A stretch of DNA of 64,000 bases from a virus. Location: positions 75,965-139,964 of the IMG/VR virus record IMGVR_UViG_3300042197_003184. The stretch is one strand, 5' to 3'. The position numbers were made by a program, and so were the translations under genes. The first letter of the stretch is position 1. Each line of letters begins with the position of its first letter. The notes under the pieces are model-generated. The model searched no databases. It was not told the origin of the DNA and saw only the letters and a program-made list of their open reading frames with translations. Shown here one piece after another: positions 19,715 through 29,819 of this stretch.

Positions 19715-21137
19715 TGACTAAAAATCCACCTTTATCTTGTTTATTATTGTGCATTAGTTCCAGTCGTGTTTGACCTTCTGTAATTTTAGCACACCAACCC
19801 TTCATATGACAATTAATATAATCGTTATCGTCCAAACCTCCGCCATGACGACTAATTAAGGGAACCAATTTACGATTACCATGATTAGGTCCGTCTTCAG
19901 CTATTTCCTCGTCCGATTTTCTTTTGAAAATAGAGAAGTTGCTACATAACCAAATAATCCTGTCCGAACCGCTTGCCGTATCAGTGCTTTCTTTGGTGAT
20001 GCCGTCTCGATTTAATTGTATGAATGCCACTATTGGTACTTGATATCTAACGGCAAAATTATGTAGTGCAGTCATCATAAATCCAAGCACCTGATATTCT
20101 TTGAGATCCTGACTAATCCCAGCACTATCCATAAGTTTTAGGTAGTCATAAAATATCACGCATTCTTTTGCTGTTCCGTCGTCATTTAAGCCAACCTCTT
20201 TAAGAAGCCACCTTCTCATAATCGCTAATTGTTCCTCGAATGGTTTTCCGGCTATAGATTTATGATACCATCTGCTTTTCTTAAGCACCCCAGCGGCCTG
20301 CTCTATTTTAGCTTTCTTGTCTGGAGAATCTGCAAATTTACCTGTTTCTATAGCATTAATTTCTGTTTCTGTCATCATGGCTAAAATTCTATGAATATGA
20401 TCCTCTTTATTCATTTCTGTATCCATATTCAAAACAGGCAACCCTGCTGTATTAGCTATGTATTGACCCATATTGTCTGATAAAAGAGTTTTACCTGTTT
20501 TTGGTCTGGCAGCAATAACATTTACAGTACCCTTTCTTAAGCCTCCTCCGATTGACTGGTCGTATATAGGAAAACCTGTGGATATACCAACCTGATCAAC
20601 TTTATTGTCAACTAATCGAACCAAATAATCATCTATGTCTTTACCAAAACATACAGGATGATTGTCTGTATCATTTAGTAAAGAAGAGAAATTAAAAACG
20701 GTGTCTTCCGCTATTCCTAATATAGAGGCTATTGGTTCGCTACCGTTGATCTCTAATAGCTTGTCTTGTGCCTGCTCTAGCTGTTTGCGTAAAAGCCTAG
20801 TGATTTCTAGCTTTCTAATTTTAGCAGCAAATTTCCTAACATTTTCTATGTTAACAGGAAAATCTATTATGGCTTTCAGATGTTGAATTTCTTCTTTTTT
20901 GGATAAGATGTGTCCAAAATTTAATTCTTGTGCTACAGAAAAAATCGAAGCTATATCTATGCTTGGTTTGTGTTCTTTTTCGCATATGGTTTTAAGACAA
21001 GTATATATGATACTATTGCTGTCGATAGTAAAAGTCGAGGGTTGTAGAATATCTGTCACATCCAGATATGCGTCTTCTCCAAACTTACATATACCAGCCA
21101 ATACGGCTCTTTCAGCCGAAGGATCGCACAAAATCAT
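19671..21137 (-). CDS. dnaB: Replicative helicase, DnaB family
   Basis: AERAVLA, AARPKTGKT, DTEM, DYLKLM, QLNR. Confidence 0.92.
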   Translation of the reverse strand: MILCDPSAERAVLAGICKFGEDAYLDVTDILQPSTFTIDSNSIIYTCLKTICEKEHKPSIDIASIFSVAQELNFGHILSKKEEIQHLKAIIDFPVNIENVRKFAAKIRKLEITRLLRKQLEQAQDKLLEINGSEPIASILGIAEDTVFNFSSLLNDTDNHPVCFGKDIDDYLVRLVDNKVDQVGISTGFPIYDQSIGGGLRKGTVNVIAARPKTGKTLLSDNMGQYIANTAGLPVLNMDTEMNKEDHIHRILAMMTETEINAIETGKFADSPDKKAKIEQAAGVLKKSRWYHKSIAGKPFEEQLAIMRRWLLKEVGLNDDGTAKECVIFYDYLKLMDSAGISQDLKEYQVLGFMMTALHNFAVRYQVPIVAFIQLNRDGITKESTDTASGSDRIIWLCSNFSIFKRKSDEEIAEDGPNHGNRKLVPLISRHGGGLDDNDYINCHMKGWCAKITEGQTRLELMHNNKQDKGGFLVNETDTSDEEEILFE

Positions 21138-21150
21138 AACGGTTCCTTAT

Positions 21151-21534
21151 TTATCCAGCTTGTGTTGCACAATTATTGCACTTGTATCTTTCTGGTGCCT
21201 CAAATAACAGTGATGGGCTTATGGTTTCTTTTCTGCCACACACACGGCACGTTACATCAATCATATGAAAAGATCTGGATCGTGCAACGGGAGGAAACTT
21301 AGACAGTTTCTTATCCACTGAGATGTCGTCTTTATGCATATCTTTTTCCGACATTTGCAAAAACTTATTACTTGATTGTTCGCCAGCCTTTGTTTTTCTT
21401 CTGCCTCTAGTTTTTATAGGAGAAGACTGTTTTTCGCTGGTAATATTGCTATCGTCGCTAGGTAACATACTTTGTAACAAAGTTATGAGACTTTTTAGTT
21501 GGTCGGGATTTTTAGTTAAATCATTGAGATCCAT
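21151..21534 (-). CDS. Hypothetical protein with C-terminal Zn ribbon
   Basis: CRVCG...CNNC. Confidence 0.6.
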   Translation of the reverse strand: MDLNDLTKNPDQLKSLITLLQSMLPSDDSNITSEKQSSPIKTRGRRKTKAGEQSSNKFLQMSEKDMHKDDISVDKKLSKFPPVARSRSFHMIDVTCRVCGRKETISPSLLFEAPERYKCNNCATQAG

Positions 21535-22006
21535 GTTTCACCTTTGTTTTTTGAATTGACAACATAATATCCGATAAGTGTTTTATACTATTAGCCAAAT
21601 ATTGAAGTCTATCGCTGCGTTGTTTGGCGTACTTTTTGATCTTATTTAAGGCAGTAGCTTTCTCATTATTATTGATGGCTTGACCAGCCTTTTCAACGTA
21701 CCCATACCCTTTATAATTATTCAATTCATTGGCTATGGTTTCTTTGATGGTTTCGTCAGCCCAATTCAAACGAGATATTTCTCGATTAATGGATCTTTGC
21801 ACATGAAAAGCAAATTGTCCTAATCTGTAGGCTATTTCACCGCAAGTCTCCGGTGTAGTTTTCTCCAGTTCGTCCCTACTCATCTGAAAATAATTGTTAA
21901 GTTCTTCCTCAGGAAAAGCATCGGCTCTGTATGTTCCAAGACCGATACTTTTTTCGTATTCGTCTAGAACTTTATCCCACTCATTCACTTGTTCTTTAGT
22001 GTTCAT
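21521..22006 (-). CDS. Hypothetical helical protein (start refined to ATG 22006)
   Basis: Coupled ORF downstream of recA and a nuclease; helical/coiled-coil character. Confidence 0.55.
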   Translation of the reverse strand: MNTKEQVNEWDKVLDEYEKSIGLGTYRADAFPEEELNNYFQMSRDELEKTTPETCGEIAYRLGQFAFHVQRSINREISRLNWADETIKETIANELNNYKGYGYVEKAGQAINNNEKATALNKIKKYAKQRSDRLQYLANSIKHLSDIMLSIQKTKVKHGSQ

Positions 22007-22403
22007 TTTTGATCCTTGATACCCACTGTTCCATTTGGTCGAACGGTAATTCGATATATTCAATACCGTTTAATTCACACCAATCTTTTTTGTCTTGATC
22101 TCTTTTCTTGTGTCTTATGAAGCCTAATGCTGTGTTATGGAAAAACCTACTAAATTTGTAATGTTGTTCGCCATGAACTTCTACGCACCGTTTAATTAGT
22201 GGCAAATAAAAGTCTAAATATAAAGTTTCTGATCTTCTAACATTAACGGGTACTTCTTCTAATACTTGCAGTGTTGGAAAACACTCATGAATTAAATTTC
22301 TGGCCTGTAAATGTAGACTAGATTTATTTTGAATAGATCCATGAGCAATATTACCAATTAGTTGCCAATTATAAGAATTACCATCTAAATCTTTTACTTG
22401 CAT
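21996..22403 (-). CDS. PD-(D/E)XK (DUF559-like) endonuclease
   Basis: LDFYLP...VEVHGEQHY...RDQDKKDWC. Confidence 0.7.
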   Translation of the reverse strand: MQVKDLDGNSYNWQLIGNIAHGSIQNKSSLHLQARNLIHECFPTLQVLEEVPVNVRRSETLYLDFYLPLIKRCVEVHGEQHYKFSRFFHNTALGFIRHKKRDQDKKDWCELNGIEYIELPFDQMEQWVSRIKNEH

Positions 22404-23413
22404 TTGATTCCCATAGTATCCTTAACCTTTGTCCATAAGTCTTCATAGACTTCGGGATGATCAACTAGATATTGTCTCGTTTTTTCAAGTCCCTGGAACT
22501 TGGGCTTGTCCTCAACAGACGACATAGTATACCATGCTCCGCCCTTTGACACAAGCCCCAAATCTACAGCCAGAGTCAATAATTCCATCTGCTTATCAAT
22601 TCCCTGTCCGTATCTGATATAGCTGGTAATCTTGCCTCCGGGAGCACCCAAAGCAGAACAAACTACCTGCCAATGTACCTCTTGTCCAATCTGAGGACTA
22701 TCAGTACTTAATGTCCATGGACTAAAATAATTAGCTTTAAGCTTTATGTCTGTCTGATATGCAATGGCCTGACCTGATTTCTCTTTCCATTCGCTATGAC
22801 CCATACCAGGATTACCCATTTGGTGAGTGATTCCTATCACAATATTTCTATTAACAGGGATAACATTAGCCACCTTCCTGCAAAACTTAGCTAATAACTT
22901 AGCACCATCAGCTCTTTGCATCTTGTTCATTTCACTAGTAATCTCAGCTTCTGTACAAAGAGCAGAATAAGAGTCTATAATCACCACAGACCCAGGAATC
23001 TCATTAATAATTCTTTCACCTATCTGTAGATATTCTTCTGCATGTAAAATCTTACCTTCTTGAGATCCTATAATATTGAATCTGTCTAGATCTAATCCTG
23101 GTATACCTTCTAGATCTCTCTTTTTCAATCTACCTTCGATATTTAGGTAGTACACTTCTCTACCATCCTTGAATGATCCGTGGGCGTACTCTTTCTTTTG
23201 AGCGGTGGCACAGAAGTCCAAAGATGTTGTAGTCTTGCCGCATTTGGGCTGTCCCGTAAAGATAACAAAACTTCCCTCTGGGATACCCCCATTTAAAACA
23301 ACGTCCAGTGCGGGGCTGACCGGAATATTGATCAGCTTTTTATCGATAACAGAATTAGCTGTCAACATAATATTGTCGCCAAAATTTTTCTTTACGTCTT
23401 CTTTAAGTGCCAT
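22394..23413 (-). CDS. recA: RecA/UvsX-like recombinase
   Basis: LDVVLNGGIPEG, GQPKCGKTT, IIDS, GLVSKGGAWY. Confidence 0.85.
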   Translation of the reverse strand: MALKEDVKKNFGDNIMLTANSVIDKKLINIPVSPALDVVLNGGIPEGSFVIFTGQPKCGKTTTSLDFCATAQKKEYAHGSFKDGREVYYLNIEGRLKKRDLEGIPGLDLDRFNIIGSQEGKILHAEEYLQIGERIINEIPGSVVIIDSYSALCTEAEITSEMNKMQRADGAKLLAKFCRKVANVIPVNRNIVIGITHQMGNPGMGHSEWKEKSGQAIAYQTDIKLKANYFSPWTLSTDSPQIGQEVHWQVVCSALGAPGGKITSYIRYGQGIDKQMELLTLAVDLGLVSKGGAWYTMSSVEDKPKFQGLEKTRQYLVDHPEVYEDLWTKVKDTMGIKCK

Positions 23414-23828
23414 CGTCTAGGTCCTTTAATTTGGAAAGTATATTTTTTTTGTCGATACTATTGATTTTGTATGTTTTGTTTTCTTTTCTGTCAAGCTCCA
23501 GACTTAGTGTCTGGTTTTGGCTGTCTAGAATTTTCTGTTGTTGCTCTATAATAGGTAAGAGATGAGGAGCACGTAAGGAATAAATTTTTGATGCTTCCGG
23601 TGTGTTCAATGCCTTAACTATTGCCATTTCCGAATATGTTTTTAGCAGCTTATTGGCGCTGCCGATTTGATTCCTATAATAAGCAGCCCATTTGGCACTG
23701 GCCCAAAACCTGTGATGCAAGTCTTGGCCTGTCATTTTAGCCTTCTTCTCGCATATGATCTCTGTGATGTATTGTGCCGCAGAAACTAGCTTACCATTCG
23801 AATATTTCGAAGGGTATTTATTGGCCAT
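23403..23828 (-). CDS. Hypothetical protein
   Basis: Coupled ORF in the operon. Confidence 0.6.
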   Translation of the reverse strand: MANKYPSKYSNGKLVSAAQYITEIICEKKAKMTGQDLHHRFWASAKWAAYYRNQIGSANKLLKTYSEMAIVKALNTPEASKIYSLRAPHLLPIIEQQQKILDSQNQTLSLELDRKENKTYKINSIDKKNILSKLKDLDDGT

Positions 23829-23831
23829 GGA

Positions 23832-24182
23832 TCATCCGTTGGGTCTAAAAATATTTTTCTGGATATTAGGATTCGTTTGATATTGCTGTCGAGCGTGATC
23901 GTTTACTTCGGACGCTTCTTTTGTCATAATAGCCACACTGTTGGTTTTTTTAGCAGAAGTGTGTCTTATCATTAAATCTTTGGATGATTGTTTAGTGTTT
24001 TGACCAACGGGTTCTGCTTTGGTCGGTATGCTAGCATTATTTGCTAAATTTACATTTTTTTCCAAGACACTATTGATTTGTTTATTTTCTAGACTTAATT
24101 CTGTTGATATATCATCAACGGACATGCCAGTGCTATTTAACCATAAAATTGCATATTTTTGTGTTTTATTTAGTCTAGCCAT
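23832..24182 (-). CDS. Hypothetical protein, possible N-terminal HTH
   Basis: GMSVDDISTELSL pattern. Confidence 0.5.
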   Translation of the reverse strand: MARLNKTQKYAILWLNSTGMSVDDISTELSLENKQINSVLEKNVNLANNASIPTKAEPVGQNTKQSSKDLMIRHTSAKKTNSVAIMTKEASEVNDHARQQYQTNPNIQKNIFRPNG

Positions 24183-24565
24183 TACAAAATCTCTCTTTCT
24201 GCATTATGTAACCATGATGTGTTTTTGGTTCTTAAAAAACTAATATACATATCAAAAACCTTTTGGTTTACTTCTCGGAATTTAGATCCAGGTTTACAAA
24301 CCCTGTCTAGGAAACTACTGGTTTTATCTCCATATAAAGATATTGGATTATAAATATTGCCATTAATGTTGATCTTAATATAGTTTTTATGTGTCCCGTC
24401 CGCCCTATAAACCTTCTTAGCTAATACTTGATCTGTTTCTTCTGATAATCTTGGATTATTATCATTATCTTTATAGTCTTCTGTGCCCGTTATGGTATAG
24501 AATTCATCTGGTTTGGACTTATTAGAAACAGTATTTTGTTTTGGTTGGTATATGTATTCACTCAT
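24182..24565 (-). CDS. Hypothetical protein, paralog of 25269-25673
   Basis: Shared FYT..G..D..D....PRL, CK....FREV, W...A.REI. Confidence 0.65.
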   Translation of the reverse strand: MSEYIYQPKQNTVSNKSKPDEFYTITGTEDYKDNDNNPRLSEETDQVLAKKVYRADGTHKNYIKININGNIYNPISLYGDKTSSFLDRVCKPGSKFREVNQKVFDMYISFLRTKNTSWLHNAEREIL

Positions 24566-24932
24566 TAATAGAGTCCTTAGATGTGGTTTTTAGTTCCGCT
24601 TGTTCTATAGAAGCCTGTAAGGTTGTTTCAAAAAAACCAAAGAAAGCATCCATATACTCTTTATAGTCTTTGTGTGGAGGTATGGGAATGTGGTATGTTC
24701 TAACACAAAGCTCTTTGGATCCTATTGTTTGTCCGTCTTCGTTTTGTTCTAATACATTAGCATTAATAGAAAATACAATTTCGTGTGGACAATCTATAAG
24801 TTTAGTGTCCTCAGGAAAAAAATTCGATTCTCCTTCAAAAATTCTTTCTTTGATAAGTTCGTATTGTTCTGGGTCCAGAATACCCCTAAGTTTATCTAGG
24901 ATATCTCCATTATGATTTTCGTTTATGTCCAT
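24558..24932 (-). CDS. Hypothetical protein
   Basis: Coupled ORF in the operon. Confidence 0.55.
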   Translation of the reverse strand: MDINENHNGDILDKLRGILDPEQYELIKERIFEGESNFFPEDTKLIDCPHEIVFSINANVLEQNEDGQTIGSKELCVRTYHIPIPPHKDYKEYMDAFFGFFETTLQASIEQAELKTTSKDSINE

Positions 24933-25267
24933 TTAGTTCCTTTACTTTTTTGCATTCTTGTCATACCGCTTGGCAAATCCGACAAAGGCCCGGTATCTCT
25001 ATAGGCGTTGTGTTTTGTATGTAAGGCTTGTTTTTGGTCTTCACTCATTCTGTCCCTATTCCTATTTGCCAGATCTCCAAGTGTTTTTAATTCGCTGTCT
25101 GTCTTTATAACAGAAGCGGCCATATTAGTTAAGTCATCTTGATACGATCTGTATGTTTGAGAAGCTTTGCAATGAGCACATTGTGGATTCTCTTTGTATT
25201 GAGCAATGGTGAAGAATAGTTCGAATTTGTGATGACATTTATCACATTGATATGTATATGTCGGCAT
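24923..25267 (-). CDS. FmdB-family zinc-ribbon protein (start refined to ATG 25267)
   Basis: MPTYTYQCDKCHHKFE...CAHC. Confidence 0.75.
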   Translation of the reverse strand: MPTYTYQCDKCHHKFELFFTIAQYKENPQCAHCKASQTYRSYQDDLTNMAASVIKTDSELKTLGDLANRNRDRMSEDQKQALHTKHNAYRDTGPLSDLPSGMTRMQKSKGTKWT

Positions 25268-25268
25268 T

Positions 25269-25673
25269 TTATCTAATTTCTCTTTGAGCACTAATTAGCC
25301 ATTGTGTGCTCTTGGTTTTTAAATAGTTAATATACTTATTGAATATAGATTCACTCACTTCTCTAAAATCTGATTCTGTTTTACATATCTTATCTATAAA
25401 AGAAGCTTTGGGTTTTTCTATGGTATATAGTTGCACGGGGTCTACTATATTTTTATTAGGGTCTGTTCTGATATAAAATCGATAACCATAGGTTGTGCTG
25501 TTCATATGTTTCGATTGTTTATTCTTAATAGCTTTTGCAAACACTTTGGTATTCTCTGTGTTTAGTCTAGGTGCTCCATCGTCGTCGTAGAAGTCTTGTG
25601 AGCCATTAACGGTATAAAACTTGGTATCTGGTTCTGTTTGTTTGGTGTTGAATTCTTGTAAATTAACTCGCAT
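25269..25673 (-). CDS. Hypothetical protein, paralog of 24182-24565
   Basis: Same motifs as 24182-24565. Confidence 0.65.
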   Translation of the reverse strand: MRVNLQEFNTKQTEPDTKFYTVNGSQDFYDDDGAPRLNTENTKVFAKAIKNKQSKHMNSTTYGYRFYIRTDPNKNIVDPVQLYTIEKPKASFIDKICKTESDFREVSESIFNKYINYLKTKSTQWLISAQREIR

Positions 25674-26268
25674 AATATGTACTGTAAAAAGGATATGAGT
25701 CTGGTAAAAATAGTTTCCACTCTTGTGGTATGTCTGATCTTATCCTAACTAAAAACGATGAGATTGGCAAGTACTTAGGTCCTTTATTTGGTATGGTAGG
25801 TAAATTTTTTAATGGCATATTTGCTTGTTTGGGTGTTTTATTTCCCTTTTTATGGTTACAGCTTATACAGGCAGTTACTATGTTTTGCCAGTTAGTAGGC
25901 GACCCTTTTTCATAATTCCATGCAGATTTTGGTATAACATGATCGTATGTCAACATTTTAATATGATATTTATCGCCACAATATTGACACGTAAAATCAT
26001 CTCTAATGAAAAGATTTTTTCGAGAAAAATTAACCTTCTGATTATGCAAACGAAAATACTTTGCAGTTTTTACTACTGCTGGTATTGGAATTTTTTTATT
26101 ATTAACACCACATATAAAATCATCTTTATAAAAATCAATGATTTCCACCCCCAGTTGGGGGTTGTGTTCGTGTGTTACAGACCAAACTATAGCTCTTTTC
26201 CAGTCTATTATACTTAGTGGAGAATAATCAGCATTAAGTACTAGACATTTACTGTTGCGAATTTGCAT
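25663..26268 (-). CDS. HNH endonuclease (McrA-like)
   Basis: LVLNADY.PL, RDDFTCQYCG, TYDHVIP, WQNIVTACISCNHKK. Confidence 0.9.
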   Translation of the reverse strand: MQIRNSKCLVLNADYSPLSIIDWKRAIVWSVTHEHNPQLGVEIIDFYKDDFICGVNNKKIPIPAVVKTAKYFRLHNQKVNFSRKNLFIRDDFTCQYCGDKYHIKMLTYDHVIPKSAWNYEKGSPTNWQNIVTACISCNHKKGNKTPKQANMPLKNLPTIPNKGPKYLPISSFLVRIRSDIPQEWKLFLPDSYPFYSTYYAS

Positions 26269-26980
26269 TTTCGTATGAGTCTAATCGTCCTATGATTTTT
26301 CCTATAATTGGATGTCTAACAATATCTGAGTGATCCAGTCTGGATACTCCTATACCTTCTAGACCTTCCAGAACACTGATCATATTATAGAAGCCTCCCT
26401 GCATATGTCTATGTAGGTCTGATTGGCTTACGTCTCCTGTCAGTACCATCTTACTGTTATTGCCTATTCTTGTCAATAACATTTTAAGTTGGTCATATGA
26501 GGCATTTTGACATTCATCCGCAACGATAAACGCATTATGAAAATTACGACCCCTCATCAGTCCCAATGGCACTATTTCTATTTTATTATTAGTTTTCAAA
26601 CCTGTATATTGCGATGTAGATATAAAGTGATTAACCTCATCTAATAAAGGCAATAAATATGGATGTATCTTTTCTTCGGCTGTTCCTGGTAAATAACCTA
26701 TTTTTTCTCCGGACTCTACTACTGGTCTGGTGATAACAATCTTAGATATTTTTTCATCTAACAAATATTCTAAAGCCATACCTATAGCAATATGTGTTTT
26801 GCCACTACCGGCAACACCTTGACAAAAGGTAATAACGTTTTCAGCAACAGTACGAATATATTCTTTTTGATTAACTGTTCTGGGTTTTAATCTGTTTCTA
26901 TAGATTGGTGAGGAAGGGAGGAGATCATTGGTGGCGTCGATAACCTTATTTTTTTTCTTAGAGTTTTTTCTGTTTCTCAA
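26249..26980 (-). CDS. phoH: PhoH-like ATPase
   Basis: GVAGSGKT, ITRPVVE, GYLPG, MRGRNF, DECQN, TGDVSQSD. Confidence 0.92.
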   Translation of the reverse strand: MRNRKNSKKKNKVIDATNDLLPSSPIYRNRLKPRTVNQKEYIRTVAENVITFCQGVAGSGKTHIAIGMALEYLLDEKISKIVITRPVVESGEKIGYLPGTAEEKIHPYLLPLLDEVNHFISTSQYTGLKTNNKIEIVPLGLMRGRNFHNAFIVADECQNASYDQLKMLLTRIGNNSKMVLTGDVSQSDLHRHMQGGFYNMISVLEGLEGIGVSRLDHSDIVRHPIIGKIIGRLDSYENANSQQ

Positions 26981-27026
26981 GTTATGCCCTTTACTACAGA
27001 GGATTAGTGTACCAACATACTATTAA

Positions 27027-27034
27027 TATACACC
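27027..27034 (-). promoter_or_regulatory. GGTGTATA intergenic motif (putative phage promoter)
   Basis: Exact copies also at 30966, 50339 and 51706; variants at 29820, 47847, 50756 and 62165. Confidence 0.5.
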
Positions 27035-27050
27035 GCTTACTGTAGTTATG

Positions 27051-27479
27051 TTATTTTATACCACTAGAACCAAATCCATTAACCGATCTATTAGAATCAG
27101 TCAAATCTTCTACTTCGGTCAAAGGTAGACAAAGATGTTGTTCAAATATAATTTGAGCAATCCTGTCTCCTTGTTTGATTTCATATGTGTTGTCTTTGTC
27201 TGTATTGAAAAGCAGAACACATATTTCTCCTCTATATCCGGAATCTACAACACCGGCTAACACATCAATACCGCGCTTTAATGCAAGGCCCGATCTTGGG
27301 GCTATTCTTCCGTAAATTGATTGTGATGGTATCTCTAGACTGATTCCCGTATGTATCAATGCTCGTGACAAAGGCGGAATGTCAATATTTTCAATCGAGT
27401 ATAAATCGGCACCAGCATCTGTCTCATTAGCTCTTTTGGGTATTGTTGCTAACGGATGGATTTTTTTGACTTTAATCAT
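27051..27479 (-). CDS. dut: dUTPase (start refined; TAATG-coupled to RNR)
   Basis: AGADL, RSGLA, GVVDSGYRGE, DRIAQ, GFGSSG. Confidence 0.95.
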   Translation of the reverse strand: MIKVKKIHPLATIPKRANETDAGADLYSIENIDIPPLSRALIHTGISLEIPSQSIYGRIAPRSGLALKRGIDVLAGVVDSGYRGEICVLLFNTDKDNTYEIKQGDRIAQIIFEQHLCLPLTEVEDLTDSNRSVNGFGSSGIK

Positions 27480-29674
27480 TATAGTAAACATGCCCCGCCA
27501 GCACAACTTATCTCTTCAATACCTGCCGTATTGTCTTCTGTTTCCAATAGTTGTGTATAGTCTACCTTCTTAAAGCTATTAAATAGATCACAATATATTT
27601 TCCAATTATAAACATCTTTCATACAATAGGTTAATCGTTTAACATCTCCTTCAAAATACTTACCTGCAAAATTCTTCATTTTAGTAACAAACTTTAACCT
27701 ACTAGCGTCATCATCTTCTTTTGCTTGATTCATACTAACATAGTCGCAGGCTGCCCATAGATTATTATTAAAAGCATTTAAACCCAACTCTATTAGTCCA
27801 GAACACCACAAAGCCGCATCTCCGTATTCTTTTACTATCTCACGACTAGAATAAACCGTAGTAAATGGAGCTTGTGGATAATCCTTATCTCCGCTTTGAG
27901 GAATAAGACTAATTCCGGCAAAATACTTTCTATTATTGTAGATATATTTTGTTACATCATCCCATTCATCAGGTTTAACGGTAACGGTATTACTCACATT
28001 ATGACTCAGATATTCCTGAGTACACAATGATCGATTTTTACCAGAATAGACCCAATTCTTTTGAGTATCTTTGACTATAGATAGCATTTCTACTGCTGGT
28101 AATTGATTCTTTAGTTTTGCACCATCTGGGACCTCTATTGGGAATTTAACAACCTCATCTGTATTATTGGCCGACCACGAAGACTTCTCACAGGCTTGTG
28201 GGTTATAAGATTTAAAGTGTTGGTATGGTGCTTCTAAAATATTGGCTTGTACGTGTCTTATATATCGTTTAGCGTGATGCGGATGAATACCAGACGATGT
28301 TCCCAACATAGAACTAGAAGTTCCTTCTGGCTTTAAGCAGGTTACTCTAGCGGCCTGATTGATACCAATCTTTTTAGATATTTCCTTGTTAGTTTCTACC
28401 GCTATTTTAGCCCCTTGCTTGAGAGTTTTTTCTGTTAGTACAACATCATGCTTTTCCATAATACCGGTCAATGATACTCCTAGCAAAGCTTCTCTTTCAA
28501 AGATTTTTTGGCTAATTTCGCCCAAATAATCTAACTTGGTAAAACCAGCTTGTAATGTACCTATAATTGCAGCAGCCTTGCAACGCTCATAAAAATCGTC
28601 CTCATCTGCAACACTAGAGCAATTAATGGTTGATAGATTACAGCCCTGCCACCCACTCTTTCCGCTTTCCTCATCCACCGGCCACATACCCACCTCTACA
28701 CACGGATTAAAAGTCATCTCTGTGGAATCGCTCCATATAAATCCTGGCTCTCCGAATTCTTTAACGCTTTCCATTAGAGTTTGAAATTCTTCTAGAGATG
28801 TATCGTCTTTGAGTAATAAGGCTGAATTGTTGCTTCTTGCTCTTTGGGGATTTTCCATATACCAATTACCGGTTTTGGCTTTTGCCATTTCTTCATCATT
28901 AGCACTAAATAAAGCTAATGACGCACTACGCCGAACACCACCCGATAGGACAGCATCACTGCTGTGCATAATAATATCATATGCGTCTAGCGGACGTAGT
29001 TTCTTTTGTCCAGATGCTACACATCTATCTAATAGCGCTCTAATTTTTTCAAGACCATTTTGTAACGGTTCAAATCCTGGAGCTTTGCCTACTCCAGACG
29101 ATAAAGAGGCGCCTTTAGATCTAATATTAGAATAATCAAAAACTACATAATGATCTTTGTATTCTTTGAAACGATCTTCTGCTGGTTTAACAAAATATGA
29201 GCTTAATAGAACACCAAGAGCATCTGCCCAGCCTTCGATACTATCTTCAATAACATATTTCTTGCCTTGTTCAGCTTTTGGTTCGTGAGATAATGCTGGT
29301 AGTTTAGCCACATGGTGCTTCTGCACACTAAATCCTGTGCCGCTACCACACAACAATAACCAAAAACACTCTTGGAAAAATCGTAGACGATCACAGTAAG
29401 AGCTTGTACAGTTATAGATCTTGGCGTGACGCTTTAGAATAGGGTCTCCGCCAAACTGTAGGGCTCTTTGAGATCCTAATACTTTCTTTTTATACATCAT
29501 GTCGTATGCCCAATCTATATCATTTCCGATATTTTTATCAGCATACATAGTGTGCATCATATCTCGCACTCTATCAACTGCTTCTTTCCATGTTTCTCTG
29601 CGATTCTTGTCTTCTAACCAACGAGCATATTTACTAACAAATGTATAGTTCTGTAATTCTTGAAGCGCAGACAT
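27479..29674 (-). CDS. nrdJ: Class II (adenosylcobalamin-dependent) ribonucleotide reductase, monomeric RTPR-like
   Basis: KYARW...ETW, YNC, GGVRRSA, NPCVE, CNLS, TCLKPEGT, C-terminal CAGGAC; no small-subunit gene nearby. Confidence 0.88.
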   Translation of the reverse strand: MSALQELQNYTFVSKYARWLEDKNRRETWKEAVDRVRDMMHTMYADKNIGNDIDWAYDMMYKKKVLGSQRALQFGGDPILKRHAKIYNCTSSYCDRLRFFQECFWLLLCGSGTGFSVQKHHVAKLPALSHEPKAEQGKKYVIEDSIEGWADALGVLLSSYFVKPAEDRFKEYKDHYVVFDYSNIRSKGASLSSGVGKAPGFEPLQNGLEKIRALLDRCVASGQKKLRPLDAYDIIMHSSDAVLSGGVRRSASLALFSANDEEMAKAKTGNWYMENPQRARSNNSALLLKDDTSLEEFQTLMESVKEFGEPGFIWSDSTEMTFNPCVEVGMWPVDEESGKSGWQGCNLSTINCSSVADEDDFYERCKAAAIIGTLQAGFTKLDYLGEISQKIFEREALLGVSLTGIMEKHDVVLTEKTLKQGAKIAVETNKEISKKIGINQAARVTCLKPEGTSSSMLGTSSGIHPHHAKRYIRHVQANILEAPYQHFKSYNPQACEKSSWSANNTDEVVKFPIEVPDGAKLKNQLPAVEMLSIVKDTQKNWVYSGKNRSLCTQEYLSHNVSNTVTVKPDEWDDVTKYIYNNRKYFAGISLIPQSGDKDYPQAPFTTVYSSREIVKEYGDAALWCSGLIELGLNAFNNNLWAACDYVSMNQAKEDDDASRLKFVTKMKNFAGKYFEGDVKRLTYCMKDVYNWKIYCDLFNSFKKVDYTQLLETEDNTAGIEEISCAGGACLL

Positions 29675-29675
29675 A

Positions 29676-29819
29676 TTATCTCCTACTTGATAATGCTAAA
29701 AATGCTAGGGTAATGGTGATCAAAATATTCATCATGATTGTGCTGTTTGAATCACCTTTGTATATTGAATGAATAGAGCACATTAAAGATATGAAAAAAC
29801 AAACCGTAGATGTATTCAT
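29676..29819 (-). CDS. 47-aa putative membrane protein (not in the ORF track)
   Basis: MNTSTVCFFISLMCSIHSIYKGDSNSTIMMNILITITLAFLALSSRR; ATGA overlap with the deaminase stop. Confidence 0.5.
   Translation of the reverse strand: MNTSTVCFFISLMCSIHSIYKGDSNSTIMMNILITITLAFLALSSRR

Noticed and set aside
12416-29674. Inteins or introns in DnaE, DnaB or RNR
   Set aside because: No splice-junction motifs or unexplained inserts; protein lengths are ordinary
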